From: an uncultured Fibrobacteria bacterium
Lineage (GTDB): Bacteria; Fibrobacterota; Fibrobacteria; UBA11236
Direction of reading: 5' to 3'
Assembly: GCA_963716395.1 (NCBI GenBank)
Contig: OY970309.1
Span: 2,720,001 to 2,784,000 of the forward strand
DNA length: 64,000 nt
Part shown: in pieces, positions 20,364 through 30,139 of the stretch
Layout: the number at the start of each line of letters is the position of its first letter
How positions within the stretch are numbered: the first letter of the stretch is position 1
The notes under the pieces: generated by a model
The model's database searches: none
Told to the model about the DNA's origin: nothing
The model's input: the letters and a program-made list of their open reading frames with translations, nothing else
Translations under genes and position numbers: made by a program

Positions 20364-21023
20364 ATGCGTTTATCATTCATCGCCTTGATTCTGGGCTTGG
20401 CAGCCTTTGGGCAAAGCCAGGCCAGGGATTGGGGGTTTTCACTTGATACCATCCATGAATGGGATGGGGTTACTTATGACGGATCTCATCCTCCTCACCC
20501 ATTGGAGGATACCATGTATATCCGGAATACGGGTGCCGATTCCATTTGGTTCGACACCGCATGGGTTGAGATTCTTAGTCCTGATTCATCTTTTTTCACA
20601 AACTTTTATGTCCGCTTTATTACCGTCGGAACCACCAGTTTTCCTGGACCTTCTCCATGGCCATCACCATCGCCTCGATTATGGTTCGATCCCAATCGGG
20701 ATGTTAAGATAATGGTTGATCATTTCATCGGCAGCCTGAAGTCGCAGGATGTAAAGCCTGATTCGACCACGGCAATTTTGCGCGCCATTTATCAAACGCA
20801 AAATCGGGGTCAAGATACAGTGATTGTAATCGGCGATTATCTCAACGAAGACTCAGGAATTGTTTCGATTAACCCTCGCGGAGGTCCCGGCAATTCCAAG
20901 CAGCCGAACCGTGACGCCATAGGGGTTAACGCCCAAGGCCGCAAGAACACCCGGGAAAATTCCCAAACCAATCCCGAAACCATTCTTATTCCCCGCGATG
21001 CCCGCGGAAAAGGGGATCAGTAA
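20364..21023 (+). CDS. Secreted hypothetical protein, copy 2 (intact, 219 aa)
   Basis: AAGGAGG RBS; signal peptide MRLSFIALILGLAAFGQSQA; its stop directly abuts the next ATG. Confidence 0.8.
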   Translation: MRLSFIALILGLAAFGQSQARDWGFSLDTIHEWDGVTYDGSHPPHPLEDTMYIRNTGADSIWFDTAWVEILSPDSSFFTNFYVRFITVGTTSFPGPSPWPSPSPRLWFDPNRDVKIMVDHFIGSLKSQDVKPDSTTAILRAIYQTQNRGQDTVIVIGDYLNEDSGIVSINPRGGPGNSKQPNRDAIGVNAQGRKNTRENSQTNPETILIPRDARGKGDQ

Positions 21024-24000
21024 ATGAAAAACTTCAACAGAATAATTCTGCTTAGCGTTTTTGTTGCGGCGGCCGTTTCTTACGGTAACTCTATAGTTAC
21101 CCCCCCCCCGTCCGCTTTTAAATAGCCCGCATTTCGCCCGGCCCGACTCCGCCGAAAAACCCCTGGTTCTTTACAATGCGATTGGTTCGCAGTCGATACC
21201 GCCATTTAAAAACAGCCCGGCCAAAGCGGCGCAATCGGCGATTCGCTCCCGTTATGCCCATTTGCTTTTAAGGCCTTTGCCCGATTCGCTTACCTATGAT
21301 TCCTTGTTGCGACTCACTGGGGTGAAACCCTTAAGCCGGGTTTTTCTCCAACGCCATGGTTTGGTCTATGAAGAATGGACGGTGAACACCGGGGTATACG
21401 GCTTCCATGGCGCCGCCACCCGATTGGCGACCTTGTTCCCGCGGTACTTCTTCAATCTGGTCCCCTTTACCTCCGAGGACAAGCAAACGCCGAAAATCCG
21501 GGGATTGAAGGCGTTCGAAGCTGCGGAGAAAAATTCCGCCACGGGCGAGGTATTCGGCGAGGTGCGCTTTTTCAACGACGTGCCGCAAAGCCGACGTGAC
21601 GGCATTTTGAACGCCTTCCTGAAACCGCATGACATTTGGGGCATAAGGTATTGGTCGGGTTCATTGGGCGCTTGGCAAAATCTGGCCGAACTGGACGAAG
21701 TGCAAATGGTCCGCGAAACCGACACCTTACTTAAAATCACCAACGACAAGGTGCGTAACTTGACTCAGGTCAGTGCCATTCAATCGGTGCCGGCCGATGT
21801 CACCGCTCCCCAAACCAATTGGCTGGATACGGGAATTTATGCGGGCCAATATTATGGCAGGGGAATTACCGTGGGTGTTTATGATACTGGAATTGATTCG
21901 ACAGGAGATACCACCACTTCCTTTGTGGGGGATTTTTGGGAAAAAGACGCCACCAATAAGGCCCGATTAAGGCGAGCCGCACCCTCAATTCCTTGGGAAA
22001 CTTACAATCCAAAAGGCTATTACCCTGGCTGGAGTGATGAGGATGCTGTTCATGGTACACACGTCGCGGGAATTATCGGCGGCAATGGCTGGAATAGTTT
22101 GGGCAGTGGCGCGCCTTCGAGATATTTTTGGCGCGGCATAGCGCCAAAGGTCACGTTTATTTCCGGTATAACTTCGCCAACCGGATTTGACGGGGATGTG
22201 AATAACCATTCCCATATCATCGGTGCTACCGCCCCGGGAGATTATGAGGGCGCTGATGTGGATGCGTTGATTCATGATCATTCCATCACGCATACCATGG
22301 TATACGCCGCGGCGAACAATGGACTGCAGAGCGGGGACTATGGTGGCGAAGGATATGGCCATCAACGCGGATACTACTCCATATTGGCGGATTCGAAAAA
22401 CGCCATCGTGGTGGGCGCGACCTATAGCGATACGGCTTTGCGCGCTTATTTCAGTTCCATGGGTCCCACGCGCGATGGCCGCATCAAACCCGATGTCATG
22501 GCGCCGGGAGCTTCTTTTCAATGGCCGGATCGATCCGTTACCCCCATGGTGGTGGAGTTGGATTCCTTATACTTCAAGCGCTCGACCGGGGCCATTGCCC
22601 GGCTGCTGAACTTCACCAACTCTGCGGAAGGGTGGCAGGATGGAGGATACACGTCGAATTTCGTGTATACCGGAACTACTCTGAAATTCAATGCCAATTG
22701 GGTCGGCAACTGGATTTATAATAATAACGTGGCGAGTTTCACCACCGATCCCGACGACAGCCTGATTATCCGCTACCGCATCTCCCATCCGCAAATCCCC
22801 GCCAAGATGACCAAGCTTCGCTGCGGCCTGCAGTGGGGGAATCATGGTACTGGGATCGATAGTCTGCAATTCGGCTTGCCGACCCCCGATACCACCGGTT
22901 TTCAAACCGTTCGCTTCCAGTTGAAAAGCCTGAGGGGCCGTAAATATGATGGCGATTTGAGTTTGGGCAAAGCGCGATGGCCACAAACCATTCCGGGCGT
23001 CGACATTACCAAACTCAGGCTTGCCTTTTGGTCTGACACCACCGATGCCATATTGTCCGCCGATATCCTCGACCCGGCCTATCCCCGCTACGCGCAAATT
23101 CAAGGAACTTCCATGGCGGCGCCGGTGGTCACCGGGATCGTGGCTTTAATGCTGGAGAAATACCGGAAATGCTTCAATCCCACCGCCGATATGGATACGC
23201 AGGGCCCTTGGAATTCGACTATGAAAGCCCTGTTGGTGCATACCGCCACCGATATGGTGAAAACCGTTCCCACTTGGAGGGAAAAGGGTTCCGGTGGACC
23301 GGGGAATCCGGTAAACGTGGACGGAGTCGTCAACGTGAACCCCGACCTTTGTGGTTATATGGCCGATACCATCAGCGATTCGGCTGGAAATGTTATTGGC
23401 TGGAAAAACCAACGTTGCACCCGCCATCCCGCTGATTCGAGTTTTGTCAGATATGGAAAAGGCCCTGATTACGCTACGGGCTACGGGCTGGTAAATGCTC
23501 AAAAAGCCATGGGCATGATCGACAGCACCAGGCGTAATTTGATCCGCCAGGACAATATCGCCCAAGGCGAAGCGAAAACCTTTACCATTGATGTTCCCAG
23601 TGGTACGACAAAGTTTCGCGTGACCACGGCATGGGATGATGTCGCCGGGTCCGATATGGATCCCATCGGCTATTCAAGACTGGTGAATGATTTGGATTTA
23701 CTGGTACGCGCTCCCGATGGTACGCTTTATTTTCCCTACCAGCTTGAACCATTGCCGTCAGCGAGCACCGAGAACGGCGGTCATCTGCCCGACGACGGCA
23801 TCGATCCCATCGACCCCTCCTCAATTCCCGATTCGGCGTCGCATGATGCACCCAATCATTATGATAACGTCGAGGTCGTGGATGTGGCGAACGCGGGGGC
23901 GGCATTGCCCACCGGCACCTGGACCATCATCGTGCAAGCGTATCGTGTTTTATCGGGCACCCGGCAAGATTTTTCCCTGGTATCCGATTTCGGAATGACG

Positions 24001-24489
24001 CCGCAAACCAATAATATTGGTTGGCAGCAAACATCCGGATTCGAAATACCCGCGGATTGGACTCCCAGTTCGGGCCAAGTGTCTCTGAATACGGTGAGTT
24101 ATACCCAAGGGCAGGCGTCCCTGGAAGTACCAGGGTCCGGCTATTTGACGCTGCTGAGCGCGCCGATCGCCACGAATACGATGCCCCAGTCCGGATCGAC
24201 CATGGCGTTTGATTTGTGGATCGGTTCGCAGCAGCCCAACCCTTACTGGATTGGCCAGGCCCAACTAGTGGCGAGTTGCCCCTCTGCGGGGATGTACAAC
24301 GTCTATATGGGTGCCGTCGAGCTTACGGGTTTGCCGTTTAACCAGTTCTCGACCTTGAGTTTCAGCCTTCCGGCCATGGTGCAACAAGTAATTTCGGAAC
24401 AGCATTCGGATTTCCAACTCACGCTAGTTCTGAATACCAATTCCGGTTCGGGACCATATTTATTGGACAACCTGAGAAGGCTGAATTGA
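21024..24489 (+). CDS. Secreted S8 (subtilisin-like) serine peptidase; frameshift at the C10 tract 21100-21109
   Basis: Catalytic VYDTG, HGTHVAG, GTSMAAP; GPTRDGRIKPD; the signal peptide at 21024 joins ORF 21262-24489 if the tract is C9 or C12. Confidence 0.9.
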
Positions 24490-24642
24490 CTCAAATGGTT
24501 CGCAAATTCTAAGAACAGTGTTTTTCCATCGAAGTGGTGGGCCCGCCGCGGCAGGTCCACCACCTCCCCCTCGTCTGACGATTCCGCGACATCAGTGGCC
24601 CGTGGCTTTTTCACTTCGCCACCCCCAGGGTATTCGCGCTTA

Positions 24643-24801
24643 GGCGTCGTCAAGAAATAAACTATACGCACCGAGGGCGAAACAGCGCTCGCTCCCGCAA
24701 GGCGCGAGGAGCGCGCATACCGGGAGTATGTAAGCGACGAGCAACGAAGCGGGGCGAGATGATGTTTCGGTCGAATGCATAGGTTATTTCTTGACGACGC
24801 C
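24643..24801. mobile_element. 159-bp MITE
   Basis: 18-bp perfect terminal inverted repeats GGCGTCGTCAAGAAATAA; TTA duplicated on both flanks (24640-24642, 24802-24804); no ORF. Confidence 0.85.
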
Positions 24802-25452
24802 TTACTCCGCCACGGCCAGGCACACGAATCCGCCGCCCCATTCCAGTGACGCATAGCGAAAGGTTGTAATCATCGTTCCGTCGGTATATTTCGCCGCCCC
24901 CGACCCGGCATGGGGATTCTCCAGTCGATAATGCCGCAGCCCGCGCCGCGCATTGTCAAGATCGGCTTTGAACAAGGCCTCCTTCACCACCCATAAGCGC
25001 AACAAAGCGGTGGGCGTCACCGGCGGCGTCAAAGATTTTTGTTCCGCGTCTTGCAGAAAAAAGCGCATCGATTCCAGACGCATGGGGCGCAACGCTTCGT
25101 AGTCGATTCCCAGGCCGCGCATTTGTGGATTATGCGCCGCCGCGGCCAAGGCCAGGCCCGCCGCATGCGTCAGCGAAAGGGTTGGGTGGGGAAAACGGAT
25201 CCGGGAGGTATCGGGATCGGCATGACGAAGTTGCAGCAGCGCCTTCAAGGCATGGCGGCCGCGCAGCCATTCTTCGCGCCGCGCGGCATGGGTGAAAGCC
25301 TCAAAACGCAGGCGCTCGCCCTGCGTCAAATCCCGCGGATCCAGGGGTTGGCGGCGCACGGCGATTGCGAAGTCGCCGCCCAATGCCGCCCCGAATTCCC
25401 GCGCGAGGTGTTCTCCTTCTGTGTGCAGGTTCTGTATTTCGCGCAACGCCAT
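24802..25452 (-). CDS. 4'-phosphopantetheinyl transferase superfamily (Sfp-like)
   Basis: LSLTH, GLGIDYE, LWVVKEALFKA. Confidence 0.85.
   Translation of the reverse strand: MALREIQNLHTEGEHLAREFGAALGGDFAIAVRRQPLDPRDLTQGERLRFEAFTHAARREEWLRGRHALKALLQLRHADPDTSRIRFPHPTLSLTHAAGLALAAAAHNPQMRGLGIDYEALRPMRLESMRFFLQDAEQKSLTPPVTPTALLRLWVVKEALFKADLDNARRGLRHYRLENPHAGSGAAKYTDGTMITTFRYASLEWGGGFVCLAVAE
24809..24912 (-). repeat. 104-bp direct repeat, right copy (inside the PPTase 3' end)
   Basis: Identical to 18345-18448. Confidence 0.95.
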
Positions 25453-25490
25453 CGGCCCGGAAGTTTAACTTTACCGCGGGACTGCCTGCG

Positions 25491-25967
25491 ATGAAAATCC
25501 GTTTGCTGGCCGTGGGCAAGATGAAGAACCAGCCCTTGCGGCTTCTGGCCGAAGACTATGCCGATCGCGTGCGGCGATTCGCGCGCCTGGAACTGGTGGA
25601 AATTCCCGACGGCCGCGCCCGCGATCCCGCCGCCCGCTTGCGTGAGGAAGGGCAAGCCCTAGCCCGCATCTTGGGTCGCGCCGAAGACAAGAAGTTTTCT
25701 CATGCGGTCCTCTGGGACGAGCGCGGCGACGAAATGGACACGGCCGTCTTTTCCAAATGGCTCGAGCAGGCCTTGCGCCGCAGCCCGGTGCTCGACTTCG
25801 TCATCGGCTCGTCGCATGGGGTCGATGCGGGTTTGCAAAACCGCATTCCGCAGCGCCTGCGGCTCAGCGCCTTTACCTTGACCCATGAATGGGCGCGCGC
25901 CCTGGCGCTGGAGCAGATCTATCGCGCCTTTTGCGTCCAGCGCGGGCTGCCCTACCACCAAGGCTGA
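25491..25967 (+). CDS. rlmH: 23S rRNA pseudouridine-1915 N3-methyltransferase
   Basis: MKIRLLAVGK, DERG, FVIGSSHG, LSAFTLTH, EQIYRA..G.PYH. Confidence 0.92.
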   Translation: MKIRLLAVGKMKNQPLRLLAEDYADRVRRFARLELVEIPDGRARDPAARLREEGQALARILGRAEDKKFSHAVLWDERGDEMDTAVFSKWLEQALRRSPVLDFVIGSSHGVDAGLQNRIPQRLRLSAFTLTHEWARALALEQIYRAFCVQRGLPYHQG

Positions 25968-26021
25968 CCCGCTCCGCCGGAGGACTGTCGCGAAAAGCTG
26001 GAAATTCGGGGGCGTTGTCCC

Positions 26022-26055
26022 TTGACGTCGCGGGGTAAACAGTTTATACTGTAAC
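26022..26055 (+). promoter_or_regulatory. Sigma70-type promoter with overlapping palindrome (probable MarR operator)
   Basis: TTGACG-17nt-TATACT; palindrome TAAACAGTTTA at 26036-26046; a related 20-mer (15/20 identical) at 26519-26538 upstream of doxX. Confidence 0.65.
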
Positions 26056-26058
26056 GGT

Positions 26059-26508
26059 ATGAATAAGAACGGTAAGGTTGCGGCGCCGGGCGCGCTTCCC
26101 GGATTGGGATGCTGGCTGCAAATGATCCGCACTTACGACTATCTGCACGCCCAGGTGGCGCAATTGTTGCAAAAGCACGGGCTCAGCGTGCCGCAATTCG
26201 AAATGCTGTCGACCTTGGCCGAGTCCGACTGCGACAACCAGCAGGAGTTGGCCGACCGGCTGCGCGTCACCAAGGGCAACCTGGTGGGGCTCATCGACCG
26301 CCTGGCCGAAAAGGGTTGGGTCGAGCGCGCGCAGGTGCCGGGCGACCGGCGCGTGAACCGCGTGCGCATCACCGAGGCGGGCAGGAAATGGGTGCGCAAA
26401 GCCGTGCCCGAGCAGGCCGCTATCGTAGCCGCCATGATGTCGCGGCTGAACGACAAGGAGCGGGTGCAGTTGCACGGCTTGTTGCAAAAGCTGGAAGGAA
26501 GGACTTAA
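26059..26508 (+). CDS. MarR-family regulator
   Basis: GLSVPQFEML, QQELADRL, LIDRLAEKGWVER, DRR..ITEAG. Confidence 0.92.
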   Translation: MNKNGKVAAPGALPGLGCWLQMIRTYDYLHAQVAQLLQKHGLSVPQFEMLSTLAESDCDNQQELADRLRVTKGNLVGLIDRLAEKGWVERAQVPGDRRVNRVRITEAGRKWVRKAVPEQAAIVAAMMSRLNDKERVQLHGLLQKLEGRT

Positions 26509-26621
26509 AAAAATTTACTAAAATGTTTATATAATAACTATAGTAATGGAAACAATGCTGTATGAAACCATCTAATAATAAACTAGCGTTATCACAACCA
26601 TACCTTCACCAGGAGTTCGTT

Positions 26622-27152
26622 ATGAGTTCCGAAAATGCTTCACTGACCGCCGCGTCCGCACGGCCCGCCACGGTTTCATCCGAAGCGGCCGGCGCCGTCG
26701 ACGCCCCGGCGTTTTCCACCAATCTCTCGGCCTTGATCGCGCGCCTGGGTTTGGCGCTGGTCATCTTTCCCCACGGCGCGCAAAAAGTGCTGGGCTGGTT
26801 CGGCGGCTGGGGGTTCTCCGCCACCTTCCATGCCTTCACGCAGCAAATGCACATTCCCGCGCCCTTAGCGCTGCTGGCCATCGCTTCGGAATTTTTGGGA
26901 TCGCTGGGCCTGGCGACGGGCCTGCTGACCCGGCTGTCGGCCTTCGGCATCGGTGTGACCATGACCGTGGCGGCCCTGACCGTGCACATCCACAACGGAT
27001 ATTTCATGAACTGGACCGGGCAGCAAAAAGGTGAGGGCGTCGAGTTCTTTGTACTCGCGATCGCGCTGGCTTTGGTGCTGCTGATTCGGGGCGGGGGACG
27101 CTGGTCGCTCGACACCCTGGTTGCGAAAAAGCTGGGATGGAACCAAAAGTAA
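26622..27152 (+). CDS. DoxX-family membrane protein
   Basis: HGAQKVLGWFGG, EFLGSL, G.EF, GGGRWSLD; AGGAG RBS. Confidence 0.9.
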   Translation: MSSENASLTAASARPATVSSEAAGAVDAPAFSTNLSALIARLGLALVIFPHGAQKVLGWFGGWGFSATFHAFTQQMHIPAPLALLAIASEFLGSLGLATGLLTRLSAFGIGVTMTVAALTVHIHNGYFMNWTGQQKGEGVEFFVLAIALALVLLIRGGGRWSLDTLVAKKLGWNQK

Positions 27153-27183
27153 ATCTCCCCAAACGGAGCGGAAAGGAAATGTC

Positions 27184-27855
27184 ATGAACACCTTGCTACA
27201 CCTTGACTCCAGCATCAATGCGCGGCGATCGCTGTCGCGCCAATTGACGGCTGAATTCGTTGCGGACTGGCGGCGCGATCATCCCGAAGGAACGGTGCTG
27301 CGCCGCGATCTCGCCGCCGCGCCGGTTCCCCCCTTGAACGAGCATTGGCTCGAAGTGCTGGCCGCGCCACCCGGCGCTAAGCTGTCGCCGGCGGCGCAAG
27401 CGGCGCGGGCGGTTTCCGACACCTTGATCGACGAATTGCTCGCGGCCGACGCTTTCGTTTTCGGCGTGCCCATGTACAATTTTTCCGTGCCCGGAGCGTT
27501 CAAGAACTATCAAGATCAAATTGCGCGCGTGGGGCGAACCTTGCGGCGCGGTCCCAAAGGGTTGGAAGGACAATTGCGGGGCAAAAAACTGCTTATCGTT
27601 TCGACCCGATCCGGCGATTACCGGCCCGGCGGCCCGCGCGACGGGTTCGATTTTCACGAGCCGTATTTACGCAAGTTCTTCGGACCCAATTTTTTGGGTA
27701 TCGAAGACATCGCCTATGTGCCGGTGATGAACAACCCCCTGCACCACGACGCCGAGACCCAAGCGGCCTTGCTCGCCGCAGCCCGCGCGCAACTGCGGCA
27801 AACCGCCGAACGCTGGAAAGAGTGGGAGGAAATTCCCTTACAACGAATGGCCTGA
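27184..27855 (+). CDS. azoR: FMN-dependent NADH-azoreductase
   Basis: LHLDSS..S.SRQL, RRDL, PMYNFSVP, EPYLR. Confidence 0.88.
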   Translation: MNTLLHLDSSINARRSLSRQLTAEFVADWRRDHPEGTVLRRDLAAAPVPPLNEHWLEVLAAPPGAKLSPAAQAARAVSDTLIDELLAADAFVFGVPMYNFSVPGAFKNYQDQIARVGRTLRRGPKGLEGQLRGKKLLIVSTRSGDYRPGGPRDGFDFHEPYLRKFFGPNFLGIEDIAYVPVMNNPLHHDAETQAALLAAARAQLRQTAERWKEWEEIPLQRMA

Positions 27856-27883
27856 ACTGCCATCACCCAATCCCGGAGGAACT

Positions 27884-28318
27884 ATGAAAAAATTGTATAC
27901 GGCTGTCGCCACTTCTGCGGGAGGCCGCGAAGGGCATGTGCGATCGGCCGACGGTATCGTCGATCTGGATTTACGCGTGCCCCAGGAAATGGGCGGACCC
28001 GGCGGAGCGGCCACCAATCCCGAGCAGCTTTTTGCCGCCGGATATTCGGCCTGCTTTGAGAGCGCCTTGCGCGCATCGGTGCGCACCCAGCGCCTCACGG
28101 CGCGCGTACTGGGCGTGATCGCGCACGTGGGTTTCAACCTGACCGAAGATAGACAGGCGTTTCTCAACGTCGATTTGATCGGCCGCTTTGCCGGCGCCAC
28201 CCGGGAGGAGGCCACGGCCTTGATGGAGGCTGCGCATGCCATCTGCCCGTATTCCAAAGCCACGCGCGGCAATATCGAAGTTCATCTGTCCACCGAGATT
28301 GAAAGTGCGGGCGCCTGA
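27884..28318 (+). CDS. ohr: Organic hydroperoxide resistance protein
   Basis: GGREG, TNPEQLFAAGYSACF, CPYSKATRGNI. Confidence 0.93.
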   Translation: MKKLYTAVATSAGGREGHVRSADGIVDLDLRVPQEMGGPGGAATNPEQLFAAGYSACFESALRASVRTQRLTARVLGVIAHVGFNLTEDRQAFLNVDLIGRFAGATREEATALMEAAHAICPYSKATRGNIEVHLSTEIESAGA

Positions 28319-29007
28319 TGCGCGTGGAAATCTGGTCCGACATGGTTTGTCCCTGGTGCTTTATCGGCAAGCGGCGTTTCGCCGCGGCCCTGTCGCGCTT
28401 CGAACACCGCGAGGCGGTGGCCGTGGAATGGCGCAGTTTCGAACTCGACCCGCAGGCCGCGCGCGGTAGCGATGAAAGTTTGGAGGTTTTGCTCGCGCGC
28501 AAATACGGCGTGAGCCTCGATCGCGCCCGGGCCATGAACGCACGGGTCACGGCGCTGGCGGCGCAGGCAGGGCTGGAGTTCCGTCTCGATCGGGCGCATC
28601 CGGCCAACACCTTCGACGCGCACCGTCTCGCGCATTTCGCCGGCACGCAAGGCCGCCGCGCCCAAATGACCGAGCGCCTGTTCCGCGCCTATTTCCAGGA
28701 AGGCGAAGATCTCGGCGATCGCGAAGTCCTGCTGCGCCTGGCGCGCGAAATGGATCTGGACGCCGAGGCCGCGCACACGGCTTTGGGCGGCGAAACCTTT
28801 GCTGATGCCGTGCGCGACGAAGAGCGGCGGGCCGCCGAATTCGGCATTCAGGGCGTGCCGTATTTCGCCCTCGATGAACATTTCGGCATCTCGGGCGCGC
28901 AGCCCGCCGACCAGTTTCTCGCCGTGTTGCGCGAGGCGTGGAAACACTCCTCGCATCCGGAATCGGCATTGGAATCGGAATTGAAATCAAAATTGGAGGA
29001 GAAATGA
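28318..29007 (+). CDS. DsbA/FrnE-family oxidoreductase
   Basis: WSDMVCPWCFIGKRR, FELDP, NTFDAHRL, GVPYF, SGAQ. Confidence 0.92.
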   Translation: MRVEIWSDMVCPWCFIGKRRFAAALSRFEHREAVAVEWRSFELDPQAARGSDESLEVLLARKYGVSLDRARAMNARVTALAAQAGLEFRLDRAHPANTFDAHRLAHFAGTQGRRAQMTERLFRAYFQEGEDLGDREVLLRLAREMDLDAEAAHTALGGETFADAVRDEERRAAEFGIQGVPYFALDEHFGISGAQPADQFLAVLREAWKHSSHPESALESELKSKLEEK

Positions 29008-29951
29008 TGTCTGCAATCGGAACACCGGAGTTGGACGCGGTCGCGCGCGAAGTGGAGGGTAAAATGGAACACATTCGTCCGGAAAAGAAAATCGACAGCG
29101 TGTTACGGGGCCCGGGATTTCACATGGTGGGCGACGGTTTTCGCGTGCAGAATTACCTCGCCCCCGGCAGCGCCCTGAACCGGAAAACCAGCCCGTTCCT
29201 GTTGCTCGACTCTATGCCCCCGACGATGTTGCCGCCCACGGAAGGCCACATCCGCGGCGTAGGGCCGCATCCGCATCGCGGCTTCGAAACCGTGAGCCTG
29301 GCCTTTGCCGGCAGCGTGGAACATCACGACAGTTTCGGGCATTCCGGCGTGATCGGCCCGGGCGACGTGCAATGGATGACGGCCGGATCCGGAATTTTGC
29401 ATCGCGAGTATCACGAAAAGAATTTTGCCCGCACCGGCGGTCTGATGCATTTCATGCAGATTTGGGTGAATCTTCCCCAGGCCGAGAAAATGCACAAGCC
29501 GCGCTATCAGGCTTTGACCGCCGGGCAAATGGGCCGCGTCGCTTTACCGCATGGCGCCGGGGAAGTCCGCGTGATCGCCGGGCAATACGGCGAAGCCCGA
29601 GGACCGGCGCAAACCTTCACGCCGATCCAGATGTTCGACATCCGCTTGAATGCCGGCGGTGCGGCGGCCTTTTCGCTTCCCGAAAAAGAGAATGTCTTGC
29701 TGATGACCATGCTTGGTGAAGCGGCGGTGAACGGCCGCGAGACCCAGGCCATGGATTTAACCTTGTTCGCCCACACAGGTGAATCCCTGCGCGTCGAGGC
29801 CCGCTCCGATGCGCATCTGGTGCTGCTGGCCGGCGAGCCCATCGACGAACCCATCGCGGCCTATGGTCCGTTCGTGATGAACACCGACACCGAAGTATTG
29901 CAAGCCATGGCCGATTTCCGGCGCGGCCGTTTCGGGTATCTCGAAGCCTAG
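29004..29951 (+). CDS. Pirin-family protein
   Basis: PFLLLD, HPHRGFETV, VQWMTAGSGILHRE, GPFVMN. Confidence 0.93.
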   Translation: MMSAIGTPELDAVAREVEGKMEHIRPEKKIDSVLRGPGFHMVGDGFRVQNYLAPGSALNRKTSPFLLLDSMPPTMLPPTEGHIRGVGPHPHRGFETVSLAFAGSVEHHDSFGHSGVIGPGDVQWMTAGSGILHREYHEKNFARTGGLMHFMQIWVNLPQAEKMHKPRYQALTAGQMGRVALPHGAGEVRVIAGQYGEARGPAQTFTPIQMFDIRLNAGGAAAFSLPEKENVLLMTMLGEAAVNGRETQAMDLTLFAHTGESLRVEARSDAHLVLLAGEPIDEPIAAYGPFVMNTDTEVLQAMADFRRGRFGYLEA

Positions 29952-29977
29952 CCCCATGGTTCGGACGGAGCCTGGTG

Positions 29978-30058
29978 GCGGGTTCGACGGGCTCACCCGC
30001 CGAAGCTACCACCGGCTGAAAGCCGTGCCCTGAGTCTGGTTCCTGGGGTTGTCGAGGG
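29978..30058. repeat. REP-like palindromes of the same family as 18247-18334
   Basis: GCGGGTTCGACGGGCTCACCCGC followed by CCCTGAG...GTCGAGGG. Confidence 0.6.
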
Positions 30059-30139
30059 TAGCGAACCCGCCGCGTCCTGAACCCGTTGCTAAGCCGGCGG
30101 TCCCGTAAGGATATAAGCGATTGGTTCTAACTTTGGGCC

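Larger units (their letters stand above)
19180..21190 (+). repeat. Tandem duplication with ~1050-bp period (about 19180-20140 and 20230-21190)
   Basis: Direct alignment by eye; offset 1050, then 1051 after a 1-nt indel at ~19466. Confidence 0.95.
18345..24912. mobile_element. Candidate integrase-less genomic islet bounded by 104-bp direct repeats
   Basis: Exact flanking repeats, visibly lower GC inside, a truncated gene at the left junction; no recombinase seen. Confidence 0.55.

Noticed and set aside
19542-20727. Diversity-generating retroelement TR/VR pair
   Set aside because: The substitutions are not adenine-specific on either strand (many T/C, one C/G, several synonymous third positions), and no reverse transcriptase is in the window
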